64,000 bases of DNA. Source: Epiperipatus broadwayi (lineage: Eukaryota > Animalia > Onychophora). Made by a program: the position numbers and the translations under genes. Each line of letters opens with the position of its first letter. The first letter of the stretch is position 1. A model generated the notes under the pieces. The model saw nothing but the letters and a program-made list of their open reading frames with translations, was not told the DNA's origin and did no database searches. The stretch is from positions 17,856,001 through 17,920,000 of the forward strand of contig JAQFVV010000003.1 in the NCBI GenBank assembly GCA_028023455.1, read 5' to 3'. This document shows positions 26,771 through 39,996 of this stretch, piece after piece.

Positions 26771-27139
26771 AATGACCTTTACACTGCCTTACAATTACAT
26801 TTATTAAGAAGTCATAATTAATCTAGCAATGACAAAGCTAAACAAAGAGTTTGTATGAAAGTCTGTGATTGCATATTTTACTTGTAACGATACAATGAGT
26901 CATTTCCATGATCAAGTTAAATAAAATGCCCACAAATATATTCAAGTTAGTATAGTGCTTTATACTGACCTGAACATTATTACAAACAGTTAAATGCACT
27001 TGGAAAAATATAATTTGAAAATTTTCTAAAAATATTTAAGTTTAACCAGATGATAAAAATAGTTCAACATATACTTACAAATAAATAAAAAAATTTCTTT
27101 TTCTTCTTCCTTTTCCTATGTATTGATTTCTACTTTAGT

Positions 27140-27373
27140 ATATCATACCATTTACACCTTTCTTAAACACTTTATTAATACTCTTTATTTATATCAAACT
27201 AACAGTTTTGACTGTCCTGCAGTCATCATCAGAGCTCTTCATAATCCTATTAGTTGGGTTTTGGAAATAGGATTGTGAAGAGCTCTGATGATGACTGTAG
27301 GATAGTTGAAACTGTTAGTTTGATATAAAGAGTATTGATAAAGTGCTTAAGAAAAGTGTAAATGGTATGATAT
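27140..27373. mobile_element. Fold-back (arms about 110 bp, 14-nt loop) of a hammerhead-bearing Penelope-like 3' end
   Basis: 27140-27251 is inverted relative to 27266-27373; each arm carries CTGATGAT-GACTG-YAGGA-YAGTY-RAAAC. Confidence 0.85.
27280..27321 (+). ncRNA. Minimal type I hammerhead ribozyme with an intact catalytic core
   Basis: Helix I GAGCT/AGTTT, CUGAUGA (27285-27291), helix II GACTG/TAGTT, GAAA (27308-27311), mini helix III AC-U-GU, predicted cleavage after U27316. Confidence 0.7.
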
Positions 27374-29308
27374 GTTAAATAAAAAAAGGGTTTAGAAAGA
27401 AATAACTTTGCCAGAAAAGTCAAATGCATAAGATTATTATATAATGATAAAGTGGCAAACGTCATTTAACTTATTAAACTTAAAGAAACTGAACTTGATT
27501 ATTATTCCAATTTACTTTTGAACCTATTTTATCAAAGTTCATAAATTTTATCAAAGTGATATTCTTTGATTCAGTAGTTTGCAAAATAGTATTTCAACTT
27601 ATTTGTTTAATTGCCATAGAATTGATGTTAAATGCTATTACATAAGCTTCTATTAGCAATTTAGATTTCTGAAACAAAAGCAAAAAAAAAAAAAAAATGT
27701 TTGGATTTAAAGAACAAGATTAATAATATATGATAAACAATGATTGATATTGCTATTGATTTTTCATAAAGTCTGTTTAAGAAGTCTCTCAGACTGATGA
27801 AAAATACATATCCTTGGAAATTCATATCAAAATTAATTTAAAATATTTTTTACAATTTTTTTATTGAAATACAGAGTAATTATTTTAGTGATATAGAATA
27901 AGGCATGAATTTAAATAATACTAGATTTCACTAGTTGAAAAAATAAATCTATTTTCTCTTCATATCATTTCTAATTGAAGTAACTTTGAACTTTCAGATC
28001 TGATATGATGATTATAATGATCTTTGCACTTTTACAAAATATAGTGCATAAATACATATAATTAAAAAACAATAATAAATTACCCAAAAACAGAAGAAAA
28101 TGGGTGGGTGAAAAACATAATTTTTGATATATTTATCTAAGCACATATCCTTTTCTATAAAACCAGGCATACAAGCACCTAAAAACAAGATAACATACTA
28201 ATAACAAGTATTATAATGGCAACATTGGATGACCTTCAATATAACCACCAGATTATCCCATTACACTATAAATGGAAGTTGAAATCTATTGAAAATCTCA
28301 ATTGAATGTCTTTGTCTCAATCTAAAATTCGAATTAAATATTATCACTCATTTTACCTAGAATTAAAATAAATCTTATTTAGTATTCTACAATTTTATTA
28401 GGATAATTAAAAGTTTATGTGGCGAGTGCAACAGTAAAGTGACAGAATTCGAACTAAATATTACAGCATCGATGTTCGACTAATAGCAGAAAATAAAAAA
28501 CTACTTGATTCAGATTAATTGAGTCGAACTATTAAATCATCTGTCATTAGGATGCATAAATATCACTTAACTTTCCAGGCAGTTAATGATATGATTATAC
28601 TAAGATAATTAAATATAATACTATCAAATTTTATATAAATAACAGTAATTGACTTTTAAAAAAAAATCCAACACATCTTTAAAACTCTTTTTTTTTTTTA
28701 ATTATGTGTAATTTAGCTTAGAGATAAAGCTGCAGATTGAAGAAGTACGGGTTTAGGAATCCATTACTAAATGAGTAAATTTGAAAAAAAAAATAATAAT
28801 AATTCACCCAATATATGAAAATACTGTGCTCAACGTAAGCCACACAATCTTCAGAGAAGCTAACAACATAATTATTATTTTTTAAATCTTTAGCTGAATT
28901 AAGTCACAGTCAAACTTAATTTGAATCAATCGCTCATATTTTTCAAATTAATCTTTTTTATCAACTTATATTACAATTGCTAATCATTTTAACATATCTA
29001 AAACATAATTTAATGGCTTATATTCTAGCAAAACAATTAGTTTATAATTACAAAAATCTTTATCAGATTGGCAGACGGAGAGCTAAAAGTCCATAAACAA
29101 CAGTTCAATGCTGTCACTTCCAGTGTTTGAAAGGCATATGATCTCCTGGGCAACAAATCGTTTAATTTTTTTTTTTTTAATACTGATCTTATTATTTTAA
29201 TGTCCAGCTATAATTTTCAATCCTCTATTTGTTTGCTTTAAGTATTCTTCAGATGTTTTTTGTTTCTACATATTTCATTTTATTTGGATAATTGAATTAA
29301 TGACATAA

Positions 29309-29380
29309 ATTGAGTTTAGCATAATGATAGAGTGCTAAACTGAAGAGTTAAGAGTTTGTGAATTGATTTCTAGTTCAACC
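29309..29380 (+). pseudogene. Decayed tRNA-Phe(GAA)-like sequence or SINE head
   Basis: TAGCATAATGATAGAGTGCTAAACTGAAGAGTTAAG resembles tRNA-Phe AGAGCGTTAGACTGAAGATCTAAAGG; the T arm is degenerate. Confidence 0.4.
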
Positions 29381-29780
29381 TATCATTTTAAGAGCAGCTA
29401 AAGCTAGAATCTAAATTCGAAAACCAAGTCTATTACTTTCAAAATATTCAGACAGTCTTGAATATATTTTATTTTTTTGAAATCTCTTATACGCAACAAT
29501 TTCACCATGTCCAATGCATTTAATTCCACGCCTTCCTGTGAATTCCTGAATTTGTGGATAATTGAAACCATGGATAATCCTATCTAATGTATATATTTAA
29601 CATAAATATATGCCCACTCACTATAATAAAATTTAATTTAAGAAGTATGCACATATTAAAATATCAATTAAAATAATTAACAAAAAATAGAATAATACAG
29701 TTTGAAAAAATAGTACAATAATAAATTAAGAGAAGTTCTAGTGTTTATGTTTATTTTTAAAAAAAATCGCAATCTGATAT

Positions 29781-30918
29781 TTTTATTCAGCAGATATCTG
29801 TTATAATGTTATAAGTATGCAAACTAACTTATATACACGACGCAATGTAGATATCCTTTCATTTAGCAAGTAATCATTACAATCGAACAGATGCTACAAC
29901 ACTATGGAAATTGAAACAATTTTTATCCCGTATATAAATATTATCTCAAGCTTATAAAATTATATCAATAGGTGAATATAATCTTTGTGTACATTTTTCT
30001 GTTGTTAATATTTAGATCTCTTCACTGAAAAGTAGATATCATCTGTTTTTTAAAGTAAAGAAACATTCCAATGGTTTCAAAACACTAAAAATTAATTCAA
30101 TGATGCTGTCCAATCAATTGTTTTCATCCAATCATTCTATCTGTTTTACAATTGTATACTTTTAAAAATAAAAAATCCTAAGAAAGAACTTAGATTTGCT
30201 TCTGTTGAAGTAGAGAGAGCTAGTTTTTTTTCTTCAGTTGGTAGTTGTGGAGGATATGCTCGATGGTACCGCAGCATCATCTGGTGGCAATCGAGCACAT
30301 CCTCCACAGCTACCTTATAACTTTTCCCATTGACATCATAGTAAATATATCAATACCTTGTATTCACTCTTTAATCAATTCTAACCAGCATACTATAAAT
30401 TAAAATCTTATACAACAAAGAAAATAAATATTATAGTATTATCATATACAACAAACATTTATGTTTTATAATACAAATACCATTCTTTCATTGTAACACA
30501 AATTAAACAATTTATAATACATTCTCACTACACTACACATATATTTTCATGCATATCTTTCCAGTACAATACTATACAAATAAAATATATTTGAGACATT
30601 AGACATTTAGTTTGTATTATTTATAATTAATTATCGTGAATGCAGTAACTAAAATACATATAATAACAAAAGAACAATAATTTAACGCAAATTAAATGCT
30701 TTATTATTCACACATCCATTTTAAAATGAGTGAAGTCATTTCACAATCTTATACAATATAATAATAAACAATTTTTATATCAATATAATCATTGTCATAG
30801 CAACACAGTTCAATGCTTTATAGGTTAAGATATCCACCATCAAAATCAAATAAGAAAAAAAAAAGTTATGACTGAAATTTTACCACATACTGAAACTCAT
30901 CTCAAACTTCAGTAGGTA
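29781..30918. repeat. About 1.1-kb non-coding dispersed repeat, copy 1 (copy 2 at 50243-51324)
   Basis: Colinear blocks along the whole length, e.g. TCAAGCTTATAAAATTATATCAATAGGT, AAGAAAGAACXTAGATTTGCTTCT, CCACATACTGAAACTCATCTCAAACTTCAG. Confidence 0.9.
30240..30314. mobile_element. 75-bp GC-rich hairpin mini-element inserted in repeat copy 1
   Basis: 25-bp arms GGTAGTTGTGGAGGATATGCTCGAT / ATCGAGCACATCCTCCACAGCTACC (2 mismatches); absent at the homologous site near 50692. Confidence 0.85.
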
Positions 30919-31291
30919 CAACATGTATATACATATGTAGACACACATTATAGATTAAATATTCATCATTATTTCAAAATAATAAAATAGAAGACTGTAG
31001 TACTTACATCTCACATTATGTACATTTTTATATAAAACATATTTTCTTATATGCAGTGGAATGATTGTATTCACTTTTTCAAAATGGTTTGAATCACTAA
31101 GGTGCTATATTTTGATAATGGCATTTTATTTGTAATTATAGCTTGGGCTATTTGCATCATTTAGTATAATTATTAGAAATTTTTAGAAAAATTCAAATTT
31201 TATTTAGTCTGTGAAATATATTCATATTTTAGTAATAACACAGGCTAATACATTATTTATTTCAAATGGGATTCTTCTTCTCTTTTTTAAG

Positions 31292-31401
31292 TGTTGCATA
31301 CCTGTGACAGAATAGCTTATTTAGTTAGAGCATCACATTACTTTCAGTAGTATTGAATCTAAACATATTGGTTTAATTTCTATACCAATACTGACACTGA
31401 T
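31292..31401 (+). mobile_element. tRNA-derived SINE-like unit, same family as 21341-21441
   Basis: TGTTGC...TGACAGAATAGCTTA-TTAGTTAGAG...AATCTAAA shared. Confidence 0.5.
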
Positions 31402-31529
31402 CAGACCAACAACATTTGAAGAAGAAAGAAAAAGAATATCAATCAAAATATATATACTAACATATATTATTATTTTTATTGAATATATTTGAAAGCTTTA
31501 AGTAGAATTTGAATTTTTCTAAAAACATG

Positions 31530-31800
31530 TGGCAATTAAACTAGATGACAATCACAAGACATCAAATGTGAAGATATGCATTAGATGCAGATGTGTGGAT
31601 GGCAAAGGAGGCAATTCAAGGAGAAATGGGATGGTCAAGTTTTTATATGAGAGATGCAAAAAGCAAAAATAAAAATTTTTGGTAGATAGCAATTTAAGGA
31701 TAATAAGAGAATAGCCAAAATAGTATTTAATTGGGTTACAAGTAAAGGGCAGGTAACAAGATGGGTGAGAAAGATAGTACAGTATACAGAAGATTTGGAT
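31530..31800 (+). mobile_element. Decayed non-LTR retrotransposon, post-RT region
   Basis: Frame reads YALDADVWMAKEAIQGEMGWSSFYMRDAKSK (31608-31643 = EAIQGEMGWSSF), a motif I recognise from arthropod LINE polyproteins; clade not assignable. Confidence 0.5.
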
Positions 31801-31898
31801 AAAGCTTTATGTCAGTATACTTATATAAAAGATGGAATGATTGTATTAGGAGGATTGTTGGGTGTTATAGTAGAAAAGAATGGGATAGAAGAATAGAT

Positions 31899-32137
31899 GC
31901 ATTAATATAAAATTGGGTGTTGGAGGGATGGAGAACTAATATGGAGGGTAAAAAGAGTTTAAATATATATATATAAGTAAATAGAATATTGGGTATGAGT
32001 TAATTTACGATAATAGCATTAATATAAAATTGGGTGTTGGAGGGATGGAGAACTAATATGGAGGGTAAAAAGAGTTTAAATATATATATATATAAGTAAA
32101 TAGAATATTGGGTATGAGTTAATTTACGATAATAGCA
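31899..32137. repeat. 117/119-bp tandem duplication differing only in (TA)n length
   Basis: GCATTAATATAAAATTGGGTGTTGGAGGG... at 31899 and 32016. Confidence 0.95.
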
Positions 32138-32502
32138 AGGAAAGTAATTTACTGTTTAAGGCTCAAACAGGATCATTAGCAACAAGGAAATATACACATA
32201 AATGGAGAAATGTGGGTGGTTTAGTCCACAATTTATGTAAGCAAGGCATGGAAAATATTAGGAATCTGCTAATTGAATGTAAATGATTATAAGCAGAATT
32301 AATCAGAAAGGGTACAAATAATGAATTTGTGAGATGAACAAAGTGATTTTACAGAAAGTGGTTTCTTGGTTTTTATGCTAAGTTTGGAAAATATAAGGGG
32401 GGTTTAGATATAAAGGCAACGTTGATGTTGTGGAAAGGGATGGAGCAAAATAGAGAAGAATATGGGAAAAACTTAGATTGGGAAATGGAAAGGGAAGGAA
32501 AG

Positions 32503-32590
32503 GTGGCTAACAGGCTTCTCTGGTCATAGTAGCTGAGAGATTCCTGACTTCGATAAAGGAGAAGTCATAGTGCATCGCGTGCATTGCAAG
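32503..32590 (+). repeat. About 85-bp structured dispersed repeat (second copy at 54434-54515)
   Basis: RTGGCTAACAGGMTTCTCTGGKCATARTWGCTGAGARATTCYTGACTTC shared. Confidence 0.7.
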
Positions 32591-33809
32591 ATGAGGAAGT
32601 GTCTAACTTAGATATAATTAACACCTCTGGGCAATGCGAATAAAATTCCATATTTTACAATAAACAGCAAAAAAAAAAAAAAAGCAGATAAGATAATAAT
32701 TAATATCTCTTATCTAAAATCTCCCCCCCCCCTCAAAATCGCAACAAAAAAAAATCTTTAAATCTAAAAGATATTTTAATTTATATCAATTATTTAAAAA
32801 TCCATATCATAAAAATGCTTTCTTCAAAAAAATAATAATAATAAGATTTTAACAAATAAAATTTAGATTTCAAGAATATTTCTCATTTATTTACTCTAAT
32901 AGCATTTATTGTAGTGTTTACCAGATGATAGTACAATTTAATTAATCCTCATCTCCAGACTGATTTCTAGATTGAGCTTTATTAAAGAGGACTTAAGATT
33001 CAAAACTCGACTCAGTGCAATTTATAAAACTGGCAACCATCTTTAACTCTTTTTTTTTTTTTTTTGGACTATCTAAGTTAATAGACTAAAATTCAAATGT
33101 TTTTGTTTATGGAGTAAGCTGAAAAAATCAAGAGACATGATGTTGGTATAAGCTTTTATATTTACTTATCTTTTAGTGAGAGTACTATAAGGGAATTAAA
33201 ATTGGTCACTATTTTATACATTTTCGAGTCTAGGCATATGTATTAACCATATCATCGTTAAAACTACCAATAAACAAATACATACTAATAATTCAACTTC
33301 ATTCATTAGTGATATAATCCTTCCTGAGCATTCAATCCAACCTTGTAACTAAAAGAAATATTCAGTCAGTATGAAATGAAAAATCACAAGTTAAAAAATA
33401 AATAGTAAATATAAAGCAAAAACCTCTTCAACATCCATCACTTGAGGTACAGTGATGAAGAAGACACTATTCAAGAGGCTACTCAATTGTTATTAGTAAA
33501 GGTCTATCTCCTTTGTTTTATCCAATAGCTAAATATAACGAGATATTTTCATACTAATCTATAATTGAATGATTAGTTAGCAGATTAAGAATTAATAATT
33601 CTAAACTTCATTAAAGATCCTTATTTATTCAGTTCATTCTATTCAAAAGTCATCTGATATATTATTCTAGCTTACAGTAGATGGTTCTAAAATAGAGTGA
33701 AGAGGTTTCTCCTAAAAGTATATATATGAAATAAACATGAATTTGTCTATTTTAAATCTTTAATTCATCATCATTATTACATTTGTCATTTTAATGATCA
33801 TAAATAGTG

Positions 33810-34270
33810 TGGTTAAATCACCTCTAGACTATTTTCCCCTCTGCTTTTGTACATCTTCTCATACCATTAATCCAATCTATTCTTTGATATACTTTATCCA
33901 CAAGAGTTTTGATAAGTCTCCTGTCTTGACTGATCCACAATTCAAATCGTAATATCTTTCTCCAGTGTGTCTGCTACAAGAAAAATAGTATTGTTTTCTT
34001 TTTGTTATTATCTATAACAGTCTTTATGCATTTGCTTCATCAAAGACTATTCATTAATTCTCTCAGCTATTCAAGGTTCACCATGCTTCCTTCAATAACA
34101 TTTCTTTAAAAAGCATCTAAATTGTCTTTTAATTTGTTCCAACAGTATCCATGCTAATGAATCGTATCAAATATAGTCTACATATTTTCTCTATAGACAT
34201 AAATTATGTGAATGTCTTCAATGCTAACAATCTTGATCTAGTCTGAAGCCCAGATTCACAAATTCTTAAA
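33810..34270 (-). mobile_element. Possible RTE-like LINE 3' remnant
   Basis: Stop-riddled minus frames resemble the RTE C-terminus (IITKRK..YF...LEKDI). Confidence 0.3.
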
Positions 34271-34553
34271 TCTGTTCGAGTCAAATCTTTTCACTGTTAT
34301 TACTACTATTTATCTGGTTAATAACATTAACCTTGTTACTTAAAAATTGTTAAGTTCAATCAAATTCAACTATCAGGTTATAAATATGGAAAGCAAATGA
34401 GCACAAAACCTTTTTCTGGAGTATTCATTCTAGTCTTAAAATTTTTAAATGTTTTCAAAATTGTATGTAAAAGAATGCAAATCTTTTTTAGCATAAGAAA
34501 AAGAAGATGGAAACACTATTAGCAGTAATCATAAAAAATAAAAACATTATTTA

Positions 34554-34827
34554 AAAAGTAGCTTAGAACATCCTACAGATTACCTGGATATTATTATTTT
34601 CATAAACCTTAAGATAAAAACATTAATATTTTTTTGAATAAAGAGCAACTTGATTATTTATAACAAAAAAAAGGATGCTAAGCTCATTAATGTTAGTAAG
34701 AATAGATACAATATAGATAATATTCTATCTTGCAAGCAAAAAAGAGATGTGTACATTCTCTATGGACAACAAAAGCAGCTTAAGAACATCCTACAGATTA
34801 CCTGGATATTATTTTTTCATAAACCTT
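34554..34827. repeat. About 55-bp direct repeat pair (34554-34610 and 34771-34827)
   Basis: AGCTTA(A)GAACATCCTACAGATTACCTGGATATTATT(A/T)TTTTCATAAACCTT twice. Confidence 0.85.
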
Positions 34828-35819
34828 TGGGCTAATCATGTATTAAATATAGTACTATGTAAATGTGATAATCAATGTATACTTGTGTTTGATGTTATGA
34901 CATCAACTTTGAAAAATTCTGTAGCTAATTAACTTCAAAATGAAATAAATTTATCTATTTTAATGAAATCACATTTAAAAAAAGTTTTTTCTAATAGACT
35001 GTAGATAATAATGATATCTGATTGAAACCTTTCCATATTTATTAAAAATAGATGCTAAATTTAACAAAAAAACAACCCTTAGATAACTAGAAAGACTATA
35101 AAAGTAAAAAACAGAGAAAAAAAATTGGAGAAAATATATTTAATTAATTATATAGTTAATGAATCATAGATGCATAAAAATATTATTCTGCTTGAAATTG
35201 CTTTTCTATAAAAATAATCAGAGTTTTGAAATGGTGTTACAGTGAGTACACAATAATCAAAGCATGTTTTAAATATGTGAATGTTTGTTTATGTGATACA
35301 AAGATATATGACTTCTCCTTCATCAAAGTCAAAAAATCTAAGTTAATAAGCCCAAAGAAACCTATTAGCTAACATTTTTCTCCTTTATCATATATTCTCA
35401 ATACCCTAAACTTTAAATTTATCAACACTTTATCTTTCCATGACATTACATTTGCCTATTCAATAATTTTAGTTATTAAAGTCATTCTAAGCATTATTCA
35501 ATCCAAAAGCCAAAATCCACTTTTGTCAATCCATTATTAATTTTTCTACAAATTCACTAATTTTATCCTTTCCACTTGTATTTACAATGCAGAAAAAAAT
35601 AACTAATGTTTTTCACTTCAGTAAAATATTTTGACAACTTTATTTTCAATCATTCTTTAAAACCATATGTTATTAAATTTATTTTGACAATACAGTCATC
35701 GGCATTTTCAACCATTAATTTAACATAAGATGAAAATTTTTCCAAGTTTAATCTAGTTACTCCAATCCCTTACTTCTCTTTTACACAATACATCACAAAG
35801 TGTTTTTATTTCATGCACC

Positions 35820-38428
35820 CATCTTACATGTGATCTCTTTCTATGTCTTTTAAATCTTGAGATCTAATTTAAAAGATCAAATCTCTGTCTATTATCACCT
35901 CTTTTAAAATCTCTATTCTTTCACTGATGTTACTAATACCTTTTGGTCTCTTACTCATGTATTTTGTTTCTGATTTCTCCTTGTTATTCATAATGTACAT
36001 CTCTCCATATTTCATTGAATGGTTTGAAGTCTCTGAATTTTTCTTTTGTTAAGGGTCCAACTTTCAGATCCATAAGTAAAAACTGCAAAATCCATTTATT
36101 TAAAACCATTTCCAGACACATAGGTGTATTTCTTTTTAATGTTAAGTTATTTTTACCAAAAGTACTCCACCCAAATTTATTTCTATAATTAATTTCACCC
36201 CTTATGTTTCCATCTGTGTTAAAAATCTGGCCAAAGTATTTGTAATCGTTAATTTCTTCTAATTCATGATTATCAATCTCAATTTTTTTCTGAAAAAATC
36301 CACTGAACATTAGACTTTTTGCATTTACATTTAGTTCTATTTTTTTTACTTACTCTTGCAACATATTCTGAAGCTCTGAAGTATTATTTGCAAACACAAC
36401 TACATTGTTTGAAAAATATAGATGACTCAAATAATCTCCATTTACTTTTATTTCCTTGCCTTTCCACTTTAATCCACAAAATACTTCTTGTGATATATAA
36501 GTTTTGTAGATATAGAATCAATTTGTTGTACACTATTTCAAATGTTAATCTTCTTAGTATCACTATCTAATCTAATCATAGCTGTCATGTTTTGATAAAT
36601 ATTCTTCAAAATATGATAATATCCTGAGTCTATATTTTGATGATCCTATGCTTTAATTATTATATAAATGTTTATAGGATCAAATGCCTTTTCATAATTT
36701 ACACATTCAAAACATAATGGCAATTCATATTCAGTGGATCCTTCTATAATTTTTGTCAATATCGTTGTGCTAAAACTACTTTTAAATCCAACTTTTTCTT
36801 TTCATTGAATAAAATCCAAAGTGCATTGTAGGCAAATTATAATAATCTCAGTAAGGATTTTATATAGAATTCATAAAAAACTGATGAATCTGTAATATCT
36901 AATGTCTTTTTATTACCTTTCTTAAATATCAATATAACTATTGCATTATTTTAATCATCTGGTATATCTTTAGCATTTAGAAATCTGATAAACAACTTGA
37001 CCAATAATTTTTCTATTTCTTCACCTGCTTTTTTCAAGATATCCATAACAATTCTATCATTTCTTGGAACTTTTTCCTTCTTTGAAGATTTAACTGCATA
37101 TCTCACTTCATATAAAATACTGGACAATTCAGAAGATGTACTAATTGTAGAGAATACTTTATTTCTTGCTGCTCATTAATATATAACTCTTTATAACTTT
37201 TCTTTCAATACCACACTTTTGAGATATTTATTTTTTCTTCTATAGTTTTCCTTACCAATTTGCAATTATATTTTCTTAAATCATTAATAATTCTTTCTTG
37301 TAACATTTTACAAAACTCTAAATAATCATTTTTTTTTAATGGACGATTTAAAAAATTTCTATTTCTTATTTTCTTCATATATTCTCTTGTCTCAAAGAAA
37401 ATTTACTAGTAAATTGCTTTTTTTTTATATATCAACTATCTTTTTTGACGTATTTAATAGAGTATCACTTACCTTCTTATTGATTCCAGTTAAATCTGAA
37501 CTATCTTCAAAATCTGTTGATATTTTCATTGAAGTATTTCTGTACATGAGTTTCTGAATAGTTTTCATTTCTCTAATTTGGCATTAACATATATCTAATA
37601 TATCACTAAACAATAATCACATCTTGCATTTAACCTATTAAGAACATTATAATCATGAAATATGTTTCCATCATTCAAAACAGCATCCAATTTCACTGTA
37701 CCTTCATTTAGATGCTTACATGATCATTTCTTTTTAACATTTTTCTCAAGAAAGAATTCATTATTATAAAGTTTTTCTTTTTCTATGAACTCCACAAATC
37801 TGTGTTCTCTCTCAATTTTATCATCATAATCAAATCTACCCCATAGCACTCACATCTTTTAATCATTTACCAATTTTCGCATTAAAGTCTCTCATGACAA
37901 TTTTAAAATGTTTTTGGTCTGATCAAAAGCATTTTCTATGTCTATATAACAATTCTCTACTTCTGCATCATAATGAGAATTCATTAGGATATAATCCTGA
38001 ATTAATTGCATTTGGTATCATCCATTAAGTTGAATAATTAATCTTGCTATTCTGTCTGATTTGTTGTCAATCTCTACAATGTTATTCTTATACTTTTCAT
38101 TTATAATAAATTTTATTCCACTTGTTCTCTTAATATTTATGACATTGGAATAATATCTCTTCACCTTTCTTATAAGTTCACAAAGTTCAACATTTCATTT
38201 AATATTAGACAGTCTTCCAATTCATACAATTTTTCTTCACTTGAAAGTGATCTGCAGTTGTAAGTACTTACATAAAAGATTATCATCAAATGGTAGCCTG
38301 AGTTCTCAATCAGGGATTCTTGGCATTCTTTACCTTTCACAGACAATTGCTGCTTTGGCTGGTGATTGTACATCCTCCTGGAAGTAAAAACTGTAATTTA
38401 GTTTTGTCTATCATGATCGTAAATATTA

Positions 38429-38468
<40 letters not shown>

Positions 38469-38740
38469 GACTATTCACACACACATTCCATCTGTCTTCA
38501 AGAAATCTCAATTAACATTTCAGTTAAAAACCATTAGGCAATTAAACAGAAAAAGCATAATGTTTCTTGATGTAAAAAACTCAGAAGTAAAAAGTCAATA
38601 AATACTATGATAGCTGATGTGTGTTGATGAAAATCCATCTATGTTTGTTTACTATATGAATAATTGCAAAGTAATAACAGCTATAATGATAAGAATGTTT
38701 GGAGTATTAGAAATTTACCCTGCTTGGTTCTTTGGGTCTC
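35820..38740 (-). mobile_element. RTE-clade LINE, near full length, decayed; same family as 9131-11860
   Basis: Colinear with 9131-11860 from the 5' UTR through the endonuclease (YNCRSLSSEEK, DFNAKI) and RT; ORF 35984-36310 has YKYFGQ...EINYRNKFGWSTF. Confidence 0.85.
38431..38463. repeat. (AAT)11 microsatellite
   Basis: Direct reading. Confidence 0.95.
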
Positions 38741-39797
38741 AAATGTTAGTGAACTTCTTTCAATACTATATTCCTCCTATAATATCCATGAATTCACTAT
38801 TCACAATTTCAATAATTCTAAGATTAAAAAAATATTAAATAAGAAACAAAAAATTGGAACTTTATAAATTTGAATTTATAAATATCATGTGTGAACAGAA
38901 TATCTGTGGTTGCTAACAAAGTAGAAGGATTATTTTATAATCATCATCTCACTGCTGTAAATTAATGAATCTTTTTTTAACATGGTCTCAAACTTAATGA
39001 TAATGGCAATTCTAAAAGAAGCTGCAAATTAGTTTTTTAATATGAAACAATGAAAATAATTAATTTAATAATGAAAGAAAAAAAGTCATTGCCAAGCAAA
39101 AAACATTAGTGAGAATATGTGTAAATGTGCTGCTGTTCTCAATTTATTATTATTTTGTCTTTCTTTCATAACTGTATTGTTCTATTTTTATATTAATTAT
39201 TTTTGTTGATGTCTTAATGTATATTATTTTTAAATAAAATTGTTTCAATTGTATCTGTAAATATGTTAAACAATATATTTCATAACTTTTCACTATTATT
39301 TGTAGTTTTAGGTATCTTTGTAATAACTTGAAATCAAATAGCCATGGATATGAGAGAATTTATATATACACAATTACAACATTCGGTATGTTTATATTAA
39401 CTTATATATACTTTTTAATGTGTATCTATATACAAATTTATTACCAAGATAATGCTACCAGATAAAACCGATAAAATATATACAAAACTAAATAACTATA
39501 TTACATATGCTTTAAAATCTCTAATTTTCTATATATTTTTCAAAGATATGAACAAAACATTTGAAAAAGACTAAATAATTCCAAGATGCTTTTCTGGTTG
39601 AACTAGCAACTCTTCAATATGCTAAATCACAATTTCTCATATAGTTTCTTCTTCTCAGTTAAATATTTTTTCAATAGAAAGTGATTTATAGTTCAATTTA
39701 CAACTTTCTTGTACTCACATATTTGATGATAATGTCTTTAGATAAATACATCACAAATCATTTATTGAACTAGAGCTTATTATATCATTTGTAAGTC

Positions 39798-39996
39798 AGA
39801 TATAAACTTTAAACCTAATTAAAGATTAATTAAGATGCTTTTATTTCTATGTTCAAAGTACAGTATATATATATAAAGTTAAAGGTTTAAAATTAATTTA
39901 AGATATTGTCCACAGAAGGAAAAAGAGGATAAAATTAAATAATGATATTATGATTTGTAATTTATTAATCTTTAATTAAGTTTAAAGTTTATATCT
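39798..39996. repeat. 33-bp inverted repeat pair (MITE-like), spacer about 133 bp
   Basis: AGATATAAACTTTAAACCTAATTAAAGATTAAT / ATTAATCTTTAATTAAGTTTAAAGTTTATATCT (1 mismatch). Confidence 0.7.

Noticed and set aside
38320-38601. Poly-Asn protein ORF
   Set aside because: Produced by the (AAT)11 microsatellite inside the antisense RTE 5' UTR
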